From Acidobacteriota bacterium (GTDB lineage Bacteria; Acidobacteriota; Holophagae; Holophagales; Holophagaceae), in contig JACPUT010000005.1 of NCBI GenBank assembly GCA_016192145.1, positions 188,592 to 252,591 of the forward strand: 64,000 nt of DNA. The letters are read 5' to 3'. Both the position numbers and the translations under genes were made by a program. The notes under the pieces are model-generated. The model was not told the DNA's origin and made no database searches. It worked only from the letters and a program-made list of their open reading frames with translations. This document shows, piece by piece, positions 1 through 7,633 of this stretch; the first letter of the stretch is position 1, and every line of letters starts with the position of its first letter.

Positions 1-1
1 C

Positions 2-667
2 CTGCGCTCCATCGAGCTGAAGGTGGGCGCGCTGCCCAAGCACCCCCGGGGCAAGCTGGGCTACGCCTTCAACTGGAGCCCCGAGGGCGTCATCAACGAG
101 TACATCAACGATTGCGAAGTGATCCGCATGGGCAAGCGCGCCAACGTGCCCGCCCTCGAGGGCTACGAGATCGTCACCATCAACGGCGTGCAGCTGGAAG
201 CCGCCACCACGTCCGGCGGCCTGGGCACCATGTGCGAGACCTTCGACGGCAAGGTGCAGGAGCTGGCCTACAAGACCATGCGCTACCTGGGCCACTTCGA
301 GCAGATCAAGTTCCTCTTCCAGGAACTGCACATGCAGGACGACCGCGAGACCCTCGGCAAGATCCTCAAGAACGCCCTGCCCCCCGTGGCCGAGGACTAC
401 GTCTTCGTGCACGCGGCCGTGGAAGGCTGGAAAGACGGCGTCCTCTCCCGCGAGGAGTTCGTGCGCGCCTACCCCCAGATGCAGGTGGCCGGCGAGGAGT
501 GGCGCGCCATCAGCTGGACGACGGCCGCCAGCCTCTGCGCCGTGATCGAGATGGTGCGCGAAGGCGTGCTGCCCCAGCAGGGCTTTCTCAAGCAGGAGGA
601 GATCCCCCTGGACGCCTTCTTCAAGACCCAGAACGGCGCCTACTACCTGCAAGGCGAAGGCCGGTAG
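2..667 (+). CDS. Saccharopine dehydrogenase-family protein, C-terminal part (5' end lies outside the window)
   Basis: The frame is open from position 2 to the stop at 665-667. The sequence LGYAFNWSPEGVINEYIN...TTSGGLGT...YKTMRYLGH resembles the C-terminal domain of saccharopine/L-lysine dehydrogenase-like enzymes. Confidence 0.65.
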   Translation: MRSIELKVGALPKHPRGKLGYAFNWSPEGVINEYINDCEVIRMGKRANVPALEGYEIVTINGVQLEAATTSGGLGTMCETFDGKVQELAYKTMRYLGHFEQIKFLFQELHMQDDRETLGKILKNALPPVAEDYVFVHAAVEGWKDGVLSREEFVRAYPQMQVAGEEWRAISWTTAASLCAVIEMVREGVLPQQGFLKQEEIPLDAFFKTQNGAYYLQGEGR

Positions 668-683
668 CTCCGGCCGATCCCAG

Positions 684-720
684 CCGAACGGCCCGGGGCC
701 TCAAGCCTCGGGCCGTTCGG
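684..720. terminator. GC-rich hairpin between convergent genes (possible bidirectional terminator)
   Basis: ccgaacggcccg (684-695) pairs with cgggccgttcgg (709-720) around a 13-nt loop. There is no clear T-tract, and the right arm overlaps the last codons of the kinase gene. Confidence 0.4.
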
Positions 721-1810
721 CCGTGAGGACCTGGCGGAGGGTGAAATCGAAGGTGGTGCCCTTGCCCAGTTGGCTGCGGAAGCCGATGCTCCCGCCCATC
801 TTCTCCACCAGCGTCTTCGTGATGCTGAGCCCGAGCCCCGTCCCCCCCTTGCGCAGATTCGCGGGCGATTCCGCCTGGGAGAACTTCTCGAAGACCCGGC
901 CGATGAACTCCGCGGGCATTCCCGCCCCCTGATCCGCCACGGAGATCCGCACGAACTCCTCTTCGTCCGCCACGGCCACCTCCACCCGCCCTCCCTCCGG
1001 TGAGTGCTTCGCGGCATTGGACAGGAGGTTCGACATGATCTGGAAGAACCGGCCCCGGTCCACCTCCACCTCGATTTCCGGAGCTACGTCGCCCAGTCCG
1101 AAGGTCACCGCGTGGACTTCCGCATAGCCGCGGTTGTCCGCGAGCGACTGCTCCAGCAGGGGCCTCAGGGCATGGGGCTCCATCAAGAGGCTCATCTTCC
1201 CCGATTCCAGCTTCTCGCTATCCAGCAGATCGTTGATGAGGTTGGAGAGGCGCTCCCCGTTCCGGCTGGCGATGTCCAACACCTCCTTGGCCTCGGGTGA
1301 CAGGGCCCCCAGGGCCCCGCTGCCCAGGAGACCCAGGGAGCCCCGGAGGGAGGTCAGGGGCGTGCGCAGCTCATGGGTGACCATGGAGACGAACTCGTTC
1401 TTCATCCGATCCAGGACGAGCCGCTCGGTCACGTCCTGCACGAGGATGTAGACCCCCATGATGGCTCCCTCCTCCCGCACGGGCCCCATGGAGCAGCTCT
1501 GCTGCATGGTGGGATACCAGGCCGCTGAAGGGCCCCGCAGGGGGAAGGGGAAGAGGTACTGGTGCAGGCGCTGGCTGAAGAAGGCGTAGTTCCCGAAGGC
1601 CAGCACCGCGCGCCGGCTCCGGTGGAACTTGGGCGAATCCAGGGTCGGGAAATGGTCGAAGATCGTATGCCCCGAGATCGTTTCCGCGAGGATGCCGCTG
1701 TGGCGGGCCATCCAGGGGTTCCAATGGAGCACCCGCATGTTCCGGTCGAGGACCACGAGGCCCTCGTTGATGGAGTCGAAGATCTGGGACAGGTCAGGCA
1801 TAGCGACCAA
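701..1810 (-). CDS. PAS-domain sensor histidine kinase
   Basis: N-terminal PAS-like segment (INEGLVVLDRNMRVLHWNPW). H-box VTHELRTPLTSL, N-box LLSNAAKHSP, and G-boxes DQGAGMP and GTGLGLSI. Confidence 0.9.
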   Translation of the reverse strand: MVAMPDLSQIFDSINEGLVVLDRNMRVLHWNPWMARHSGILAETISGHTIFDHFPTLDSPKFHRSRRAVLAFGNYAFFSQRLHQYLFPFPLRGPSAAWYPTMQQSCSMGPVREEGAIMGVYILVQDVTERLVLDRMKNEFVSMVTHELRTPLTSLRGSLGLLGSGALGALSPEAKEVLDIASRNGERLSNLINDLLDSEKLESGKMSLLMEPHALRPLLEQSLADNRGYAEVHAVTFGLGDVAPEIEVEVDRGRFFQIMSNLLSNAAKHSPEGGRVEVAVADEEEFVRISVADQGAGMPAEFIGRVFEKFSQAESPANLRKGGTGLGLSITKTLVEKMGGSIGFRSQLGKGTTFDFTLRQVLTAERPEA

Positions 1811-2435
1811 GGAAACCCGCGAGCGCCTTGCGGAGCCACTGGAGGGAATCCTGATTGGTGACGAGGAAGAGCAGTCCGCTCACGTTCCGGCCGCTGAAGC
1901 GGAACAGGGTCTTGAGCACGATGGCCGTGGAGCCCGGCTCCCACAGATCCTGCATGTGGATCTCCCCGTGGGCATACTCCTGGGCCACGCGCGGCGGGGC
2001 GTAGCTCACGGTGTCCTCCAGGAGCTCCGCCAGCTTCCCCACGCAGGCGCCGATGAGGATGTTCCCCACCTCCAGGAGGGTCTCCATCTCCAGATCCTTG
2101 AGCGGAAGGCCCGGCGTGGCATCCAGATCGGCGTTGCCCAGCAGGGAGACCAGTTCCCGCGTGGCCCCGGAGGGCAGCAGGAGGTAGCCGTGGCCTTTGA
2201 ATTGCCCCCAGAAACCCTGCTCCACCAGGCTGATGCGGTCCTGGCCCGGCATGGCCTCCGCCAGAAAGGCCGGCAGCACCTCGGCCTGGATGAGCCGCAC
2301 TTCCGGGATGCTGAGCACCACGAAAATGTCCACCATCTCTGCCAGATCCGCCGCGGCCTGGCCGAAGGCGATGTTCATGATCTCCTGCAGGAGCTCCTGC
2401 TCCTCCGGCCGGAGGGTCGCCTCGGGCGCGCTCAT
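1794..2435 (-). CDS. CheC-family CheY-P phosphatase
   Basis: There are two copies of the CheC active-site pattern E-x2-N-x22-P (EIMN...x22...P and EVGN...x21/22...PP). It lies between a CheY-like gene and a kinase gene with overlapping stop/start codons. Confidence 0.8.
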   Translation of the reverse strand: MSAPEATLRPEEQELLQEIMNIAFGQAAADLAEMVDIFVVLSIPEVRLIQAEVLPAFLAEAMPGQDRISLVEQGFWGQFKGHGYLLLPSGATRELVSLLGNADLDATPGLPLKDLEMETLLEVGNILIGACVGKLAELLEDTVSYAPPRVAQEYAHGEIHMQDLWEPGSTAIVLKTLFRFSGRNVSGLLFLVTNQDSLQWLRKALAGFLGRYA

Positions 2436-2824
2436 GGAGCGCTCCCCGTGGAAGCCAGGTAGGTGTGATAGGCCTCGAGCACCTGGGCCTTGACCGGGGG
2501 CTTCTTCAGCACCGATTTGGCCCCCATGGACAGGACGCGCTCGATGGAGCGGGGCTGGATGTCCGCCGTGACCACCACCACGTAGACCGAAGGGTCCATT
2601 TCCCGGAGGAGGCCCAGGGCCGTCACCCCATCCATCACGGGCATGGTGAGGTCCAGGAAGATGAGGTCCGCCCGGGAGGATCTGTGGGCCTCCACGGCCT
2701 CCTCGCCGTTCACCGCCTCGCGTACCTCCACCCCCTCCTCACCGGCCAGATAGCCTCGGAGAAAGGCCCGGATCACGCTCGAATCGTCCACGACGAGAAC
2801 CGACTTTCCCATCTGGGACTCCAT
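2432..2824 (-). CDS. CheY-like single-domain response regulator
   Basis: Receiver motifs VLVVDDSS, DLIFLDLTMPVMDG, VVVVTAD and KKP. An ATGA overlap links it to the downstream CheC-like gene. Confidence 0.9.
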   Translation of the reverse strand: MESQMGKSVLVVDDSSVIRAFLRGYLAGEEGVEVREAVNGEEAVEAHRSSRADLIFLDLTMPVMDGVTALGLLREMDPSVYVVVVTADIQPRSIERVLSMGAKSVLKKPPVKAQVLEAYHTYLASTGSAP

Positions 2825-2884
2825 GCAGGCTTCACGCCTTCATCGGGCCGGGCCTGGCCAGCATTAATCGGGACCCGCCCTTCT

Positions 2885-2908
2885 GGATCGGCCCCCGAGG
2901 GCCGATCC
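2885..2908. promoter_or_regulatory. Perfect inverted repeat (10-bp arms, 4-bp spacer) in a divergent intergenic region
   Basis: ggatcggccc-ccga-gggccgatcc, read directly. It lies between the minus-strand CheY operon start (2824) and the plus-strand membrane protein gene. Confidence 0.35.
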
Positions 2909-3013
2909 GGCATGGCCGAACGCGTTCCCCCCGCCGGGATCGCCACATCGAGGTGGTGGATCCCAGGCCCGCCGGCGCTTCATTTTCACGGGCGGGCCAG
3001 GCGTGCCGATGTC

Positions 3014-3673
3014 ATGGGCGTGGAAATGGTGTACGCGAACCTGGGGACCCTTTCAGGGCTCTGCCTCCTCCTGTTGGCGACGGGGCTCACCCTCGGGCTG
3101 CGCCCCTTGCCGGCGTTGCCTTGGGTGCGACCTTGGCTGGCCAGTTTCTGGGTCGCCGCCCTCACCATCCTGGCCCTCTCCCTGCCCCTGGCCCTGCCCG
3201 TTTTGCACGTGTCCCCATTGAAGATCCGCACCTTCGCGGTGCTGAATTCCGGATTCTTCCTGGCCGCCGGCCTCCAAGCCCTCGGGTGGCTGCGGATCCG
3301 ATGGAGGAAGGCCCCCCTTGGGCTCGTGTTCATTCCCCAGGCGATCTACGTGTACCTCTTCTTCGCCGTCGGCGGCGAGCAGGATGCCCTCGCCCGGGTG
3401 ATCCTCTTCTCGGCCCTGGAGGCCCTGGTCCATGCCTTCACCGCCTACTGGGCCTATCAGGGCCTCCAGCGGATCTCTCCCCACCTGACCAAGGTGGCCA
3501 CCGGCATGATCGCCCTCCATGCCCTGTTCTACCTCGGCCGCACGGGCCTGGCACTCCTCCTCCCGGTGGAAGGGGACTACTCCATATCCGTGGCGGTCGC
3601 CGTCATGGAGGGGCTCATCTACAACATCGTGATCGCCTACCTCCAGTGGCTGATCCTCACCGAAGAGGGCTAG
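3014..3673 (+). CDS. Integral membrane protein of unknown function
   Basis: Only the last 219 aa of the 2465..3673 ORF look coding, with about 6 hydrophobic helices (LCLLLLATGLTL, FWVAALTILALSL, and others). The start at ATG 3014 is a choice; ATG 2912 is an alternative. Confidence 0.55.
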   Translation: MGVEMVYANLGTLSGLCLLLLATGLTLGLRPLPALPWVRPWLASFWVAALTILALSLPLALPVLHVSPLKIRTFAVLNSGFFLAAGLQALGWLRIRWRKAPLGLVFIPQAIYVYLFFAVGGEQDALARVILFSALEALVHAFTAYWAYQGLQRISPHLTKVATGMIALHALFYLGRTGLALLLPVEGDYSISVAVAVMEGLIYNIVIAYLQWLILTEEG

Positions 3674-3688
3674 TCCTGAAGCCGTGGC

Positions 3689-4198
3689 TCAGACCTCGGG
3701 CGCCGGGAATCCCATGGCCGCCCAATCCTCCTTCACCGGGCCATAGGCTCCGGGCACCTTCAGCCCCGCCTGCCGCATGAGCACGCTCATCTGGCCCCGG
3801 TGGTGGGTCTGGTGGCTCACGAGGATGTACAGGGCCAGGGCCCCGGTCCAGGTCTGGCCGTAAAAGGGATAGGTGGCCGCCAGGGCCATATCGTTGCGCG
3901 CCTTCACCTGGGCCACGAAGCTCCCGCTGAGGGCGGCATAGACGTCGCGAATGGCCTTCATGGATGCGGGAGGGGGTGTCCGCATGGGCTCGCCCGGAAA
4001 TCCCGCCACGGCGATCTCCATGTGGGCGGGCATCTCCACGATCGTTTCGCAGAGGTGCCAGGCCAAGGCCCGAAGATCCCGGTGCCCTTCCGCCACGGCG
4101 GCGCCCGCCGCCGAATCGGGAATGGCGTCGAGGAACTCCAGCGTCTTGGCCGCCTCGTCACGCCAGATGGAAAGGAAATCTTCAATGTGTCGATACAT
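3689..4198 (-). CDS. DinB-family (four-helix-bundle metal-binding) protein
   Basis: The histidines are spaced as in the DinB family (HRDLRALAWHL...; SHQTHHRGQ near the C terminus). Length is 169 aa. Confidence 0.75.
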   Translation of the reverse strand: MYRHIEDFLSIWRDEAAKTLEFLDAIPDSAAGAAVAEGHRDLRALAWHLCETIVEMPAHMEIAVAGFPGEPMRTPPPASMKAIRDVYAALSGSFVAQVKARNDMALAATYPFYGQTWTGALALYILVSHQTHHRGQMSVLMRQAGLKVPGAYGPVKEDWAAMGFPAPEV

Positions 4199-4299
4199 GG
4201 GCTCTCCGGGGTGCGGGCATCAGCATACCTCCTGACCCATCCGCCCGGCCCGCCCGATCTTCCCGGGTGCCCACCCCCATCCGCATCGAAGGAGAACCC

Positions 4300-5553
4300 G
4301 TGGATTCCCCGACCGAGGCCCGACCGATCCTCCTCATCGACGACGTTCCCGAGAACCTGGCTTTCATCTCCGAAGGCCTCAAGCTCCGGGGCTACCAGGT
4401 GCGGGTGGCCTCCAGCGGTCCGGAGGGGTTGGCCGCCGCCCAGGAGACCCCGCCCGGACTCATCCTGCTGGATATCACCATGCCCGGGATGGACGGGTTC
4501 GAGGTATGCGGGCTCCTGAAGGCGATCCCCAACCTCGCCGATGTGCCCGTGATCTTCATGAGTGGCCGGAATGAGGTGGTCGATAAGACCCAGGCCTTCG
4601 CCCTCGGTGGCGTGGACTACCTGCAGCGGCCCTTCCGGCTCGAGGAGCTGGCGCTCCGGGTCAAACACCAGTTCGGCCTGGCCGCCCTCCAAGCCCAGCT
4701 GCGGGACAAGAACCGCAGCCTGGGGTTGGCCTTGGAGGAAGCCAAGATCCTGAATCGCGAACTGGTCCGGATCAACGAGCGCTTAAGGATCTCCGAAGAC
4801 CTCCAAGGGCACTTCCTCGCCACGATGCGGGGCGTGATCAACAATCCGCTCACGGCGATCATCGGCCTCGCGGACAACATCCACCAGGGCGGAGGGTCCC
4901 TGGACCAGGCCCGGAGCCTTGCCTCCCTCATCAGCGGCGAAGCCTTCCACCTGGATTTCCAGATCCGCAACATCTTCGCGGCGGCGGATCTCGAAGCCGG
5001 CACCTGCACCCCCAAGGTAGCCCACGTCGACGTGGGTTCCATCCTCGCCGAAATCGCCGGGGCCTTCGCCCGGGCCGCCGATTCCAGATCCATCCGGCTG
5101 GTCCTGATGCAGGGCCCCGAGCACGGCGCCCTGACCTTCGGCACCGATGCCGAGATGATGAGGACCGTCCTGGCGAACCTCATCGCCAACGCCATCACCT
5201 TCAGCCCCGCCGGAGGCGAAGTCCGGATCGGCGCCACCCTTCGGGGAAGCGCCCTCGCCGTGGAGATCCAGGATGGGGGCATCGGCATCCGGGCGGAGGA
5301 CCAGGCCCTCATCTTCGATCGCTTCCGCACGGTGGAAACCGGGACCACGTCGGATCACCAAGGGCCCGGGCTCGGCCTCGCCATCACCCGGGCCCTCATG
5401 GATCTCCTCGGCGGGAAGATCGAGGTGGATTCCGTCCTGGGCCAAGGCGCCCGATTCACCTGCACCTTCCCGGAATTCAACGTGATGGACGAGACCAGCA
5501 CCTCCTCCTTCGCGGGAAACCTGTTCATCTTCGATTCGCCGAAGGAACTCTAG
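4300..5553 (+). CDS. Receiver-DHp-like-HATPase hybrid protein with an atypical H-box
   Basis: GTG 4300 follows the RBS aaggag. Receiver motifs ILLIDDVPEN and LILLDITMPGMDG. ATPase N and G boxes LANLIANAITFSP, DGGIGI and GPGLGLAI. The H-box position reads MRGVINNPLTAI instead of SHELRTPL. Confidence 0.85.
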   Translation: MDSPTEARPILLIDDVPENLAFISEGLKLRGYQVRVASSGPEGLAAAQETPPGLILLDITMPGMDGFEVCGLLKAIPNLADVPVIFMSGRNEVVDKTQAFALGGVDYLQRPFRLEELALRVKHQFGLAALQAQLRDKNRSLGLALEEAKILNRELVRINERLRISEDLQGHFLATMRGVINNPLTAIIGLADNIHQGGGSLDQARSLASLISGEAFHLDFQIRNIFAAADLEAGTCTPKVAHVDVGSILAEIAGAFARAADSRSIRLVLMQGPEHGALTFGTDAEMMRTVLANLIANAITFSPAGGEVRIGATLRGSALAVEIQDGGIGIRAEDQALIFDRFRTVETGTTSDHQGPGLGLAITRALMDLLGGKIEVDSVLGQGARFTCTFPEFNVMDETSTSSFAGNLFIFDSPKEL

Positions 5554-5555
5554 AG

Positions 5556-6071
5556 GTGGTTCCCCCGACGCCCAAGCTGCCGACCCACGTGCTCAACCCG
5601 GGCATGTTGTTCGCGCATCATGAGGAATACGTCATCAGCACCCTGCTGGGCTCCTGCATCGCCGTTTGCCTGTGGGATTCCCGCCTTCGAATCGGCGGCA
5701 TGAACCACTTCATGCTGCCCCTCTGGCAAGGCCGGGGCCTGCCCACGCCCCGGTACGGGAACATCGCCATCGAAAAGCTGATCGGAAACCTGGCGTCGAT
5801 GGGCAGCCGGAAGGAGGATCTGGTGGCCAAGGTCTTTGGAGGGGCCAACGTGGTGAATTACTCACCCGGCCTCTTCCCCGTGGGAACCCGCAACATCGCC
5901 CTCGCGGACGAGGCGCTGACGGCGCACGGCATCCCGATCCTGGCCAAGGAAGTGGGCGGGACGAGGGCCATGAAGATCGAATTCAACACGCGAACCGGCA
6001 CCGTGATCCTGCGCCTGGTGGCCAAGGGGCAAGGGGTCCCGGCTAGCCTTCCCGACGTGCGCCCACGTTGA
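5556..6071 (+). CDS. cheD: Chemoreceptor glutamine deamidase CheD
   Basis: STLLGSCIAVCLWD...IGGMNHFMLP matches the CheD catalytic Cys/His region. It starts 2 nt after the upstream stop codon. Confidence 0.85.
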   Translation: MVPPTPKLPTHVLNPGMLFAHHEEYVISTLLGSCIAVCLWDSRLRIGGMNHFMLPLWQGRGLPTPRYGNIAIEKLIGNLASMGSRKEDLVAKVFGGANVVNYSPGLFPVGTRNIALADEALTAHGIPILAKEVGGTRAMKIEFNTRTGTVILRLVAKGQGVPASLPDVRPR

Positions 6072-6203
6072 GCAAGGCCCGCTTGGGAAACCCATCCCCG
6101 GAATCATGATCGGGGACACAACCTCCGCCGTTTTCTTCAAGGCGGTCTGGCATCCGGGCGATGCGGGAATCGGGGAGGATCCACCTCCCCCCGTGAGGTT
6201 TGA

Positions 6204-6611
6204 ATGGATTTCGAGGAGGCCGTTTCCGCCCACCAGAAGTGGAAGTCCCACCTCCGGGTGCACATCAATGGCTCGAGCACGGAGATGTTCGAGACGGATC
6301 TCGTGGGCCAGGATGGCCTGTGCGAGCTTGGCAGGTGGATCCATGGCGAGGGCGAACGGACGATGAGCCATAAACCCGAATTCCAGGCCATGAAACGCAC
6401 CCATGCCCGTTTCCACACCATCGCGGCCGAGGTGCTGCGGAAATCCAAGGAAGGTGATCCCCATGGGGCCTGCCTCCTGCTGGATGGGCCCTTCTATGAA
6501 GCATCCATTGAAGTCATGGATGCCTTGGAGAAGTGCAAATCCGCATGCGCCGCGGACGGGGCTGGAGGGGCGCCGCCCCCACCTTCCCGGACAGAGACAT
6601 CAACCGGCTGA
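6204..6611 (+). CDS. Stand-alone CZB (chemoreceptor zinc-binding) domain protein
   Basis: The full 3His/1Cys CZB pattern is present: HQKW-x26-CELGRW-x21-HARFH. Confidence 0.8.
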   Translation: MDFEEAVSAHQKWKSHLRVHINGSSTEMFETDLVGQDGLCELGRWIHGEGERTMSHKPEFQAMKRTHARFHTIAAEVLRKSKEGDPHGACLLLDGPFYEASIEVMDALEKCKSACAADGAGGAPPPPSRTETSTG

Positions 6612-6717
6612 CCTGGAAGATTTGACCCGTCTCACAGCTCGCCCGGATTCCTCAAGGTGGGTCCTTTCGCTGGCGATACGGCCAAGGGGATTCCGCCCCC
6701 CGAGTGAAGGGGTTCGC

Positions 6718-7068
6718 ATGAACTTTGAAGAAGCCATCTCCGCCCACCAGAAGTGGAAGACCCGGCTCCGCGGCCAGATCGACGGCACCGGCAAGGAAAC
6801 CCTCGATCCCAGGATGGTCAGCAAGGACGACCAATGCGATCTCGGCAAGTGGATCCACGGGGAAGGTCAGACCCAGATGGGCGCCAAACCCGAGTTCCAG
6901 GAGGTGAAGGCCACCCACGCCCACTTCCATCGCACCGCCGGCGAGGTGGTCGCCAAGGCCAAGGCCGGGGATAAGGCTGGCGCTTCCGCCTCCCTGGATG
7001 GCCCCTTCTTCGAGGCCTCCAGCAAGTGCGTCCAAGCCATCATGAAGTGCAAGAAGGCCTGTCCTTAG
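6718..7068 (+). CDS. Stand-alone CZB domain protein (paralogue of 6204..6611)
   Basis: HQKW-x26-CDLGKW-x21-HAHFH. The N terminus MNFEEAISAHQKWK parallels MDFEEAVSAHQKWK in the neighbour. ATG 6718 lies inside the longer ORF 6403..7068. Confidence 0.8.
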   Translation: MNFEEAISAHQKWKTRLRGQIDGTGKETLDPRMVSKDDQCDLGKWIHGEGQTQMGAKPEFQEVKATHAHFHRTAGEVVAKAKAGDKAGASASLDGPFFEASSKCVQAIMKCKKACP

Positions 7069-7633
7069 GCTGTGCGAGCGCCTCCAGGATCTCCTCCAAC
7101 ACGGCCTCGGTGACCTCGAGACCACCCTCGAACACCGGATGCAGAGGCCGTTGGGCGCCCACTCGCTGGAGACCCTGAACCTGGGGCAGCAGATGCTGGG
7201 CGATGAAGGCCCTCAGGGCCTCCTCCCGATCCGGAATCGGGGCGAGCGGACTGAGTTTGCGGAGTCCCGCGGCCAGGATCTGAAGCCCCGAGGCCAGGTG
7301 ATCCGGGCACCTCCCCGGGGGGGGCTGCACGCCCATGCCCCGGTGGAGGCGATCCCGAGCCTGGAGGATGTCCTCGTCGCACAGGCTTCCGTCGCGATAG
7401 ACGGAAGCTTCCAGATGAAGCACCGGTTCCCAGGAGCTGTACAGGAAGTGGCCCGCATAAGCGACCGGAAGTTCCGCCGCGGGGGCCTCCACCAGCCGAC
7501 GCAACGCGGCGGAGAGCTTGGGACCGGGCCACGGGGAATCCGCCGCTGTGCGGATCGCCCGGCGCGGCAGGGCGCCGGGCGTGCCGAAGATCCGCGCCAG
7601 GGCCTCCAACAGCTCGGGGAGGGGGGCGCGCAT
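7040..7633 (-). CDS. TorD/DmsD-like redox-enzyme maturation chaperone
   Basis: It is the last gene of the molybdoenzyme operon, with its ATG overlapping the NrfD stop (ATGA at 7631-7635). AYAGHFLYSS...PDHLASGLQILAAGL resembles the TorD-family PDH motif. Confidence 0.6.
   Translation of the reverse strand: MRAPLPELLEALARIFGTPGALPRRAIRTAADSPWPGPKLSAALRRLVEAPAAELPVAYAGHFLYSSWEPVLHLEASVYRDGSLCDEDILQARDRLHRGMGVQPPPGRCPDHLASGLQILAAGLRKLSPLAPIPDREEALRAFIAQHLLPQVQGLQRVGAQRPLHPVFEGGLEVTEAVLEEILEALAQPKDRPSCTS

Noticed and set aside
2465-3013. The N-terminal 183 codons of ORF 2465..3673.
   Set aside because: This part is antisense to the CheY-like gene and the intergenic region and is His/Gly/Arg-rich. 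Only the hydrophobic C-terminal 219 aa look like a real membrane protein.
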